DNA of 64,000 nucleotides from Elusimicrobiota bacterium (GTDB lineage: Bacteria; Elusimicrobiota; Elusimicrobia; UBA1565; UBA9628), in assembly GCA_016234805.1 (NCBI GenBank), contig JACRNU010000030.1, positions 27,406 through 91,405 of the forward strand, read 5' to 3'. The translations under genes were made by a program, and so were the position numbers. Below are positions 24,846 through 32,696 of this stretch, in pieces. Numbering within the stretch: position 1 is the first letter of the stretch; each line of letters begins with the position of its first letter. The notes beneath the pieces are model-generated. The model saw only the letters and a program-made list of their open reading frames with translations, was not told the DNA's origin and ran no database searches.

Positions 24846-26705
24846 ATGGTCATCCCGGTGAAGGACCAGAAGCCCCAAGGGCTCCTCTCCGCCGCGGCTG
24901 CGGCAGCCGGCCTGCTGGCCTTCGCCGCGGCCTATAACGCGTTCTGGGGCCTGCGCTCGATCAACTCCTACATGGCAGCTCCGGTCATCGACGCCGGCTA
25001 CCGCGTCTTCCTGGGCCAGACGCCTCTGGCCGATTTCTTCTCGCCCTATGCTCTGGTCCTGGCCTGGCTGCAGGGCCTCTTCTTCAAGTGGTTCGGGGCA
25101 AGCTACGCGGCGTACCTCACCCTGGGATGCGCCATGAACGCTGCTGCCGCGGGCCTGGTCTTCTGGTCGGTCTGGAGCGAGGAGCGGGATGTCGGGCTTG
25201 CCGCGGCCGGGGGGCTCGTGACCGCCGCGTGGCTCATGCCCATCTCTGGGGGCGGCCCCGTGCACAACTCCGGCGCCTTCTTTTTCGTGCTCGCCGCCGC
25301 GGTGTGCCTCTGGACCCCGTCGCGCGGTCTGTCGCCCTGGCGGACCTTGCTGGCCGGCGCGGCCCTGGCCATGGCCTTTCTCACCAAGCAGAACGTCGGC
25401 GCTTTCGCGGCCTTTTTCCTCGCCCTCTATGTCCTGGCCGCAGGCTCCCCGGCCGACCTGGGCCGCCTGGGAGCCGGGATCGGCCTAGGGCTGGCGGTCC
25501 TGGCCTTGGCGATCGGCCCGTCAGCGTGGGGTGATGCCTGGCATTTTGTCGTGGCCTTGCCGGCCGGCGAGAGGCTCTGGGGCAGGTTCTTGGGCTCCAA
25601 GCCCGCGGGCTGGCTCGCCTTGGCCGGCTTGGGCCTGGCGGTCCTGCTGCGCAAGGGCGAGCGGCCGCTGCTCGCGTGCGCCGCGATCCTGTTCCTCGCG
25701 CACCTGCTCGGCGGCCAGGACTTCAGGCCCGGGGTCTCCGTCCACATGTTCCTGCCCTTGGCTGCCCTGCCTCTCATGGTCCGCCGGGAGGACCGGGCCA
25801 TGCTCCTCGCCCTGGTCCTCGTCGGATATTCCTCCGCGGTGAGCGCGAGCGCCGCCATGGAGCATTCCATGCCCCTCGTCGGCGTTGAGGCCGTGCTGGT
25901 TTGCCTGGCCTGGAAGCGGGGGCGCTCGGACCCGGCAGGGCAAGGCCTGGTCCGGGCCTTGGCCGGCAACGGGTTCCTGGCCGGCGATGCGCCGGTCTGG
26001 GCCGGGATGGGCCTGCTCATCCTGCTGGGCGTCCGCCAGGCGGCCATGCATCGCTGGGGCGTTCTCGCATCGGTCCCTGTCGTGGGCCCTCTTGTCGGGC
26101 TTGCAATCGCGTGGGCTGGTTGGAGGCTGTGGCGAGGCAGGGGCTCCTGCGAAGAGCCGGGCAGGGCCAGGGTCGGAGGGGTCGGACTCGCTCTTGTCCT
26201 TGTCGGAGCTGGTTGGGCAGGGCGGCAATGCTTATCTGCCCTAGGCTCAAGGGGCGCCGGCCAGTCCGTTCCCTTGGGGGAGGGAGAGGCCAGGGACCTC
26301 CGGATACCGTTCTTCCAGGGGCTGGACATGCCCCAGGCTGAGGCACGCGGGATCGCGAAGCCCCTGGATTATCTCGCTGGCCTGCCTCCTGAATCAAGGC
26401 CCTTTTTCGTCTACCAGTCAGGGACAGGGTCGATGCTCTACGCCGCTCTCGGCCAGGCTCCGCCGCAGCCGTTCGTCATGTTCGACCGGGGCTTCACGCA
26501 CGGCGGCCTTGGGGACTACGAGAAGGTCTGTTCAGCGTTGAAGGCCGCGGACATCCGCGCCGCGGGGTTCGACGATAGCGGAGAAGACCTCCTCAACGAA
26601 CCGGGCCTGGAGTGTCTCAGGCGCTGGCTTGAGACCGATTTCTTCAAGGACAAGGAGAGCGGAGGCTGGGTGTTCTACCGGCGGAGGCCGGTCCGCCGGG
26701 AGTAG
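24846..26705 (+). CDS. Polytopic membrane protein, probably a GT-C fold glycosyltransferase (ArnT/PMT-like); paralog 1.
   Basis: More than 10 predicted TM helices with a soluble C-terminal domain. Shares conserved N-terminal (YRVFLGQ.PLADFFSPY) and C-terminal (W.FYRRR) blocks with the two downstream paralogs. Confidence 0.5.
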   Translation: MVIPVKDQKPQGLLSAAAAAAGLLAFAAAYNAFWGLRSINSYMAAPVIDAGYRVFLGQTPLADFFSPYALVLAWLQGLFFKWFGASYAAYLTLGCAMNAAAAGLVFWSVWSEERDVGLAAAGGLVTAAWLMPISGGGPVHNSGAFFFVLAAAVCLWTPSRGLSPWRTLLAGAALAMAFLTKQNVGAFAAFFLALYVLAAGSPADLGRLGAGIGLGLAVLALAIGPSAWGDAWHFVVALPAGERLWGRFLGSKPAGWLALAGLGLAVLLRKGERPLLACAAILFLAHLLGGQDFRPGVSVHMFLPLAALPLMVRREDRAMLLALVLVGYSSAVSASAAMEHSMPLVGVEAVLVCLAWKRGRSDPAGQGLVRALAGNGFLAGDAPVWAGMGLLILLGVRQAAMHRWGVLASVPVVGPLVGLAIAWAGWRLWRGRGSCEEPGRARVGGVGLALVLVGAGWAGRQCLSALGSRGAGQSVPLGEGEARDLRIPFFQGLDMPQAEARGIAKPLDYLAGLPPESRPFFVYQSGTGSMLYAALGQAPPQPFVMFDRGFTHGGLGDYEKVCSALKAADIRAAGFDDSGEDLLNEPGLECLRRWLETDFFKDKESGGWVFYRRRPVRRE

Positions 26706-28426
26706 AAGACCCATTCATCGATCGTCCGGTCATCGACGAAGCCTTCCCTGAGCCAGCGCTTCATGCACTCCGGCCCCGTTCCGTACCCCGGGCCTGGAAC
26801 CCCTCCGTACGCTCCCACGGTCCGGACATCGGCCCGCTCCAGCGCGCTGCAGAGAAGCGCCTCGTCTTCGGGGCCCTGGTAGGTGAGCCCTGGGTCGGCT
26901 CCGATGAACGGTTGTGGAGGGGCCTGTCCCAAGGCGGCGTAGAAGACGGTTTCGGACACCTCGTTATAGAGGAAGAACGGCCGCTTGTTTTCGGGAAGAG
27001 CGGCAAGATATAGGTAGAGCCGGTCCATGGACTGGGCTTCAGCCAAAGGAAGTCTGAGACCATTGAAGAACGGGGCTGCCAGGGTCGAGGTCCTGACCGG
27101 GCCGCCGGAGCCGGCCGCCGGGGCCGGCTCGCGGCGCAGGGCGAGAGTGGAGGAGATTCCCTGCCAGAGCAGGGCAAGGCCCGCCACGACAACCGCGATG
27201 CCCAGGGTCGAGGACTGCTGCCGCCGTTCCCCGAAAAAGCGCCGGCCGGCCCACAGCCTAGCTCCGGCCCACGAAGCGGCCAGGCCGACGACAGGCGCCG
27301 CCACGGGGATGGTCCAGAGCGCGTTCCAGCGAGTCATGGCGATGTAACGCAGTCCCATGCCGCAGAGGAAGACGCAGCCTCCCCAGACCGGCAGGCTCGC
27401 GGCCCGGGCGGCGTTGCCGGCCAGGGCCCGCGTCCAGGGCTCGGAGCCGGGCGACGCGGACCAACGCTTCCAGGCCCTGCACATGAGGAGGTGCTGGAGG
27501 CCGAGGAGCGGCAGGTTTTGGCTCAGCGGACTGCCGGAGAAAGCCGCGGCAAAAAAACCCGTGAGGGTCGCGGCCAGCAGGAAGATACGGTCCGCGGTCG
27601 TGGCAAGGAAGGGCGCGGCAGCCAAAGGCAGAAGGCTGAATGGGGACAGTCCCTCCAGGATGCCGCGCGCGGCCATGGCTGTGAAAATGCGGTCGGATAA
27701 TCCGTGCGCGGGAAGGACAACAAGGTGGCGCCACGCTCCCAGCCATCCTTCCGGCCCTAGGGCGAAAGCAAGGAGCGCCAGTCCGGCGAGGAATCCGCAG
27801 GCAAGGATGCCCGCGCTGCGCCCTGCCCTGCAGGCGGAGAACAGGCCGAGGAAGACCGCCGCGAAAAGCCCGACCGGCTGTTTGATGGAGAAAGCCCAGG
27901 CCAGAGCCGCTCCCGCGGCAAGAGTCCGAATGGTTCCGGTTTCCGATGGGGGGTGGTCGGCGTCGAGCAGCAGGCAGAAGGCCGCGACAACGAGGAAATA
28001 CGCGGAGGAGTTGTAGGTGGGGCCGCCCAAGGCGACAGGCATGAGCCATGTCGCTGTGATGGCAGAGGCTGTTCCTGCCAGGGCAAGATCGCGGTCAGAG
28101 CGCCAGACCGCCCAAAACACGGCGATCGCGGCAGCGGCGTTGAGGACGCATCCCAAGCCGACATACGCGGCGTAGCTGACGCCGAACAGCTTGAAGAACG
28201 CCGCCAGCGCCCAAGATGGAGCGGGTCCGATAGGGCAATGGAAATCCTGGAAAGCCTTCTGCCCCAGATAGACGCGCCAGCCGCCGTCGATGATGATGGA
28301 GGCCTGATCATAACCGAAAAAATGGAAGCCGCAGTACCTGTTGAGGAGAAACGCGAAGGCCGCGACCGCGGCAGCCGCGACCGCGACCGTCAAAGGCGAT
28401 GTCTTTGGTCCGGAGTTCAGGGGCAT
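26675..28426 (-). CDS. Polytopic membrane protein, GT-C-like; paralog 2, convergent with paralog 1 and overlapping it by 31 nt.
   Basis: MPLNSGPKTSPLTVAVAAAAVAAFAFLLNRYCGFHFFGYDQASIIIDGGWRVYLGQKAFQDF... aligns with paralog 1. Start placed at an internal Met. Confidence 0.5.
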   Translation of the reverse strand: MPLNSGPKTSPLTVAVAAAAVAAFAFLLNRYCGFHFFGYDQASIIIDGGWRVYLGQKAFQDFHCPIGPAPSWALAAFFKLFGVSYAAYVGLGCVLNAAAAIAVFWAVWRSDRDLALAGTASAITATWLMPVALGGPTYNSSAYFLVVAAFCLLLDADHPPSETGTIRTLAAGAALAWAFSIKQPVGLFAAVFLGLFSACRAGRSAGILACGFLAGLALLAFALGPEGWLGAWRHLVVLPAHGLSDRIFTAMAARGILEGLSPFSLLPLAAAPFLATTADRIFLLAATLTGFFAAAFSGSPLSQNLPLLGLQHLLMCRAWKRWSASPGSEPWTRALAGNAARAASLPVWGGCVFLCGMGLRYIAMTRWNALWTIPVAAPVVGLAASWAGARLWAGRRFFGERRQQSSTLGIAVVVAGLALLWQGISSTLALRREPAPAAGSGGPVRTSTLAAPFFNGLRLPLAEAQSMDRLYLYLAALPENKRPFFLYNEVSETVFYAALGQAPPQPFIGADPGLTYQGPEDEALLCSALERADVRTVGAYGGVPGPGYGTGPECMKRWLREGFVDDRTIDEWVFYSRRTGLRR

Positions 28427-29097
28427 CGGGGCCGCGAGCCTCCGCACTCGGTTTTGCGGATGAAGAACAGCCTGTCGTCGATCTTCCGGTCCGGGGTGAA
28501 GTCCTTCCTGAGCCAATCCCTGAGGCAGGCTGAGGTCTCATCGTCGCGGGGAAGCTCTCCGCCGGCATCCAACGCCACCGTGCCCACCCCGGCCCGCTTG
28601 AGGGCGGCGCACATCCCGACCGGCGTCTTGCAGGTGAAGGCCAGTCCGAGGGACAGCCCGGTAAGGATGGTCCGCATGGAGCCCGGTCCCGCTGTCGGGT
28701 CCGGGCCTGAGCCCAGGAGCAGGCACGCGGCGATGAACACGAAAAAGAAGGCGCTGGAGGTGATGATCGGGCCGCCAGCGCAAACCGGCATGTACCAGAC
28801 CGCGGCGTTCATGACGCTCCCAAGGGCGATGTAGGCGGCGTAGGTGACCCCGAACAGCTTGTAGAAAGCAGCCAGCATCCAGAAGAGGACCGGTCCGAAG
28901 GGGCAGAAGAAGTCGAGGAAAGGGGCCTGGCCCAGGTAGACGCGATAGCCGCCTTCGATGACGCCGGCCGCCAATTCGTTTCCGTAGAAATGGAAGCCGC
29001 AAAAGCGGTTGAAGAGGAAGGCGAACAAGGCGACTGCCGTGGCGCAGGCACCGACGGCCAGGGGGCGCGGCGCCACGGGTCGCGCGGGCATGGGCAT
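28417..29097 (-). pseudogene. Internally deleted third paralog of the GT-C-like membrane protein (226 aa: N-terminal ~170 aa fused in frame to the C-terminal ~55 aa).
   Basis: The N-terminus aligns with the paralogs (FAFLFNRFCGFHFYGNELAAGVIEGGYRVYLGQAPFLDFF) and the C-terminus with their tails (ACLRDWLRKDFTPDRKIDDRLFFIRK vs CMKRWLREGFVDDRTIDEWVFYSRR). The middle ~380 aa is absent. Confidence 0.45.
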
Positions 29098-29128
29098 GCA
29101 GAGCGCAATGCTATCATATCCTCATCCC

Positions 29129-30025
29129 ATGCGCGGCTTGGACGAGTCCCTGCCCCTTTTGGCCAGAAACCTCTTCCTCCTCGGCACGCTCAGGGAGTTG
29201 CTGGCCGAGGCGCGCAAGCGCGGCATCCCGGTCATCGTGCTTAAGGGCGCCGCCCTCCTCTGTTGGCTCATCGAGGACCCGGGGGCGCGTGCCATGGGAG
29301 ATCTGGACATCCTCGTGCCTGAGGCGAAACGGCTCGAGACCGAGAGGATGCTCGCTGACTTGGGGTACGGTCTGGCTCCTGGGACTGTCGAGATGTTCAT
29401 GCGGGGCACGGCGGTGGTGGACCTGCATACCAGCCTTCTCCACAGGCAGGACACCGCGTCCCTGTGGCGCGAAGCCGTGCCTTGCTCCATCGAGGGAGAG
29501 AAGGCCCTGGTCCTGGGGCCTGATGAGACCTTCATCCACCTGGTGGCGCGGGCCTTTCTTCAGGGTGGGAGCTTGGAGGAAAAATATCTCGACGACCTGC
29601 GGCGGCTGGCCGCGACCGCTGGAGGCGGCTTGATGGGCCTGGATTGGGACCGGGTGATCGGGAAGGCTTTGGGGCTCGGTCTGGGTCCCATGGCGCACGC
29701 GGCCTTGGAAGAGCTGGCCAGAGCCTCGGACCGGTCAGGCGCGGTTTTGGCTGGAGCGCCGCTGGTCCCGGATCGGGTGCTCGCCGCCCTGAAGCCCTCG
29801 GGCGCGGGCCGCGCCGCTGCATGGGTGGCCCGAAAGGCGGCTTCGCGCAGGGATGAGAGCTATTTCAACTCAGCGGTCCTCTTCACTTTGGTAAGGCCGG
29901 GCTTCGTCTTGTCCCGGCTGTTCCCGAACCGCGAGTTCCTGGAGCGGCGCTACGGGGAGAACTGGAAGCGGGAAGCCCTGCTTCGGCCGTTCAAGCTCGC
30001 GGCCAGGGCCTTGGGCTTGAGGTAG
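29129..30025 (+). CDS. Nucleotidyltransferase-family protein (uncharacterised NTP_transf_5/PF14907-like).
   Basis: VLKGAALLCWLIEDPGARAMGDLDILV contains the G-x(n)-D-x-D nucleotidyltransferase motif. Confidence 0.55.
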   Translation: MRGLDESLPLLARNLFLLGTLRELLAEARKRGIPVIVLKGAALLCWLIEDPGARAMGDLDILVPEAKRLETERMLADLGYGLAPGTVEMFMRGTAVVDLHTSLLHRQDTASLWREAVPCSIEGEKALVLGPDETFIHLVARAFLQGGSLEEKYLDDLRRLAATAGGGLMGLDWDRVIGKALGLGLGPMAHAALEELARASDRSGAVLAGAPLVPDRVLAALKPSGAGRAAAWVARKAASRRDESYFNSAVLFTLVRPGFVLSRLFPNREFLERRYGENWKREALLRPFKLAARALGLR

Positions 30026-30043
30026 AGGAAGCCGGTCGCCAGG

Positions 30044-31183
30044 CTAGGCGACCCACCAGCGCTCGGCTTCCAGCGACATGAGTGCCTTCCTGTCCTTGAG
30101 GCTGAGCTTGGTCTCGTCCACGGGCCGCTCGATGTGCACGAGCGAGTTGGTGGCGAGCTCGACCTCTTGAGGCGGGTCGAGCAGGACGCCTTCGGATGAG
30201 ACGCGTACGCTCACGGTGGGCAGGGTCGGAGTGCGCGCGTCCACGGCGAGCACGCAGGCGATCTCCCCGCGCGAGAGCTGGACGTAGGAGCCCGGCGGAT
30301 AGAGGGTCAGGCGGCTGAGGAAGAGGTGCTTGGCCGGCCGGTCGAAGACCTCGGCGAAGGTCTTGATGATGCCGCGCACCGCGTCGTGGGGCAGAACGGG
30401 CTCGCGCCAGGCCCGGAAGTGGCTCATGGCCTCGTAGAGACAGCAGATGCCGATGACGTGGCCGGCGAGCTTGGGGTCCGGGATGTCGTCGTTGCACTGC
30501 GTGATGGTCTCTTCGATGTTCGCGAGATGCTGCTTGAGGGCCGGGGGAGTCGTGGGGTGCAGGCGCGTCTCGCGCTCCTCCTCAGCCGTGGGGGAGCCGG
30601 TCTCGAAGGGCAGTCCGAGCAGGCTCGAGAGCCTGAGTTCGTGGAGGAGGGCGGCCAAGCTGAGCTGGCGTGTCTGCTCCTTTTCCCATCCCAAGCCGAG
30701 GCCCAGGTAGGTGGATAGGACGCAGACATTGGCGGAATGACCGTAAAGGTAATTGCTCGCTGTGGAGCGGCTGGTCAGTCCTAGAAGAGGGTAGGGCCGT
30801 GTCTGAAGCAGGTCCGCGCAGTCCGCGGTCGCCCGGCTCAGGCCGCGCTCCGAGATGGGAGCGCCCTCCTGGGCTTCAGCAGAGGCCTCCTTGATCGTTG
30901 AGACCAGGTTCCCGTAGCAATCGTGGGCAGCACGGACCTGGGATTTTGTCGCTGTCTTTAGCTCATCCACACGGCCTGGCTTGCCCACCTGGGCCTGGGG
31001 GGGGGGCCCTTCCGGCTGTTTGGACCGGGTGGCCAGAGGGGAGCGGAAGAGGCTCTTCGACTTCGATTCCTGGGCCGGCCTGGGAATGGGGAGGCCCTGG
31101 GCCGGGGAGGCTTTGGGAGGGGCTTTCTCCTCAGCGGAGGGATCCGGCTCCTTCTTATTCTTGTTGACGTCCGAGAATCTCAT
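30044..31183 (-). CDS. Hypothetical protein with a Pro-rich N-terminus and a degenerate HD/HD-GYP-like domain.
   Basis: LYGHSANVCVLSTYLGLGLG...LAALLHEL...LYPPGSYVQLSRGEIACVL resembles the HD-GYP domain layout but lacks a clear HD dyad. Confidence 0.4.
   Translation of the reverse strand: MRFSDVNKNKKEPDPSAEEKAPPKASPAQGLPIPRPAQESKSKSLFRSPLATRSKQPEGPPPQAQVGKPGRVDELKTATKSQVRAAHDCYGNLVSTIKEASAEAQEGAPISERGLSRATADCADLLQTRPYPLLGLTSRSTASNYLYGHSANVCVLSTYLGLGLGWEKEQTRQLSLAALLHELRLSSLLGLPFETGSPTAEEERETRLHPTTPPALKQHLANIEETITQCNDDIPDPKLAGHVIGICCLYEAMSHFRAWREPVLPHDAVRGIIKTFAEVFDRPAKHLFLSRLTLYPPGSYVQLSRGEIACVLAVDARTPTLPTVSVRVSSEGVLLDPPQEVELATNSLVHIERPVDETKLSLKDRKALMSLEAERWWVA
30997..31006. repeat. Homopolymeric G10 tract (C10 on the coding strand, encoding PPP) inside the CDS above.
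   Basis: Direct reading of ctGGGGGGGGGGccc. Confidence 0.7.
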
Positions 31184-31296
31184 GTCTGGTGATATTGTAC
31201 AATAATCTCCACGGGGCACCACTAGGGGACGGCCGTGATTTTCCGTAACATCCCCGTCATTGACTTCATTTCTGTTCCGGTTATACTCTTAATCCC

Positions 31297-31989
31297 ATGG
31301 ACAAATCTCTGGACGATCTCCGACAGGCTCTCAGGAAGCTCAGGCAGGACATCGAGAGCCAGGCCGGGCTGCCTGAGCGCGGCGGGCCTTCCGGCCTTGA
31401 CCCTGCGCCTGCTGTCATCCATCCGAGGGAGGATGTCAAACCTCGGCCGCAGCCCAAGAAATTAAATCTTTCGCCGGTTGATGAGCCGGAGCCCAGGCAC
31501 ACGGTCCTGGCTTCCGCTCCCGCGGCGCAGGCCTCCGCGGTGCCGGGCTATCTGAAGGGCAAGTCCGTGCTTCCCTGCAGGTCCGAGGAGGATGATTCGG
31601 CCATGGTTCCGAGCCGCGCCAGCGCGCCCGCTGAACCGAAGTCCGGCGGAGCTTCCGTGCTTCCGAAGGTCCTTCTGGCCCTGGGGTTCGGCATGGCTGC
31701 CGGCGGCGCTGTCGTGTCCAATGGCCCGGCAATGGCTGGAGGCCTCATCCTCTGTCTGGTCGGAGTGCTTTTCAGCGGGGCGTCTTCCGAGGCCGCTTCT
31801 TCCGTCAACAACGAGGAATTGCGGGACCTGGGCCTGAGGATCGCGGCCCTGGAGCGCCGCATCTCGACCGGCAGCCGCGCGGCGGAGTCCGGGGCGATCT
31901 CCCGGGAAGTGGTGGAAGAGATCGTGGAGCTCAGGCGCATCCTCACATCCCTGTTTCGGGCCCTGGAAAAGCCCCCGGAGACGGAATGA
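31297..31989 (+). CDS. Hypothetical protein (one central hydrophobic segment, charged coiled-coil-like ends).
   Basis: ORF with 4-nt overlap to the downstream Wza-like gene. The only homology signal is a hydrophobic segment (VLLALGFGMAAGGAVV...LILCLVGVLF). Confidence 0.4.
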   Translation: MDKSLDDLRQALRKLRQDIESQAGLPERGGPSGLDPAPAVIHPREDVKPRPQPKKLNLSPVDEPEPRHTVLASAPAAQASAVPGYLKGKSVLPCRSEEDDSAMVPSRASAPAEPKSGGASVLPKVLLALGFGMAAGGAVVSNGPAMAGGLILCLVGVLFSGASSEAASSVNNEELRDLGLRIAALERRISTGSRAAESGAISREVVEEIVELRRILTSLFRALEKPPETE

Positions 31990-32687
31990 AGACAGCCCTG
32001 AGATTGCTCGTCATCCTTTCACTGGCTCTTTCCAGCGTGCCTTTCAGCGCCTTGAGCGCCTGGGCGCAGGCCGAGGTCGCGGTCGCCCAGATGATTAAGG
32101 AAGCGGAGAATACGGTCCCTGTGGGGCCCGGGGACGTGGTCTCCATCGTGGTGTTCCCGGTCCAGGAGTATTCCCGGGAGGTCACGGTCCAGCCTGACGG
32201 CAAGGTGGAACTGCCCCTCATCGGAGCCCTGCAGATCAAGGGCCTGGCAGCCAAGGATATCCAGGCTCTCCTTGAGAGCCGGTATGCCAAATTCGTGGCA
32301 GGTCCCAAGATCACGGTGAACATCCGGCGCTACTCCGGCCGCAGGGTGGCCATCATCGGCCAGATCGGGGCTCCGGGCTTTTTCGAGTACCGCGACGGCA
32401 TGAAGATACTGGAGCTGGTGTCGCTCGCCGGAGGGATCAAGGACCTGGCCAAGGAGTCTAAGACCGTGATCCTTAGGCAGGCAGGAGGCCAGGCCAAGGC
32501 CATCAAGGTCAATCTGGCAGCGGTCCTGCGCGGGGATTTCGACCGCAACGTCGAGCTCGTGCCGGGCGACACGGTCATCGTTCCCAAGGCGGGTTATACC
32601 AGGAACGCGGAGTGGATGGCCGTCAACATCCTGCCGTGGCTGGCCTTGAGCGCGTCCCTGGCGACCCTGTTCGTCCTGGCCAAGTAG
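31986..32687 (+). CDS. Polysaccharide export protein (Wza-like).
   Basis: Signal peptide, then GPGDVVSIVVFPVQEYSREVTVQPDGKVELPLIGALQIKGL (Poly_export motif) and ELVPGDTVIVP (SLBB domain). Confidence 0.8.
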   Translation: MKTALRLLVILSLALSSVPFSALSAWAQAEVAVAQMIKEAENTVPVGPGDVVSIVVFPVQEYSREVTVQPDGKVELPLIGALQIKGLAAKDIQALLESRYAKFVAGPKITVNIRRYSGRRVAIIGQIGAPGFFEYRDGMKILELVSLAGGIKDLAKESKTVILRQAGGQAKAIKVNLAAVLRGDFDRNVELVPGDTVIVPKAGYTRNAEWMAVNILPWLALSASLATLFVLAK

Positions 32688-32696
32688 CGGAGCCCC

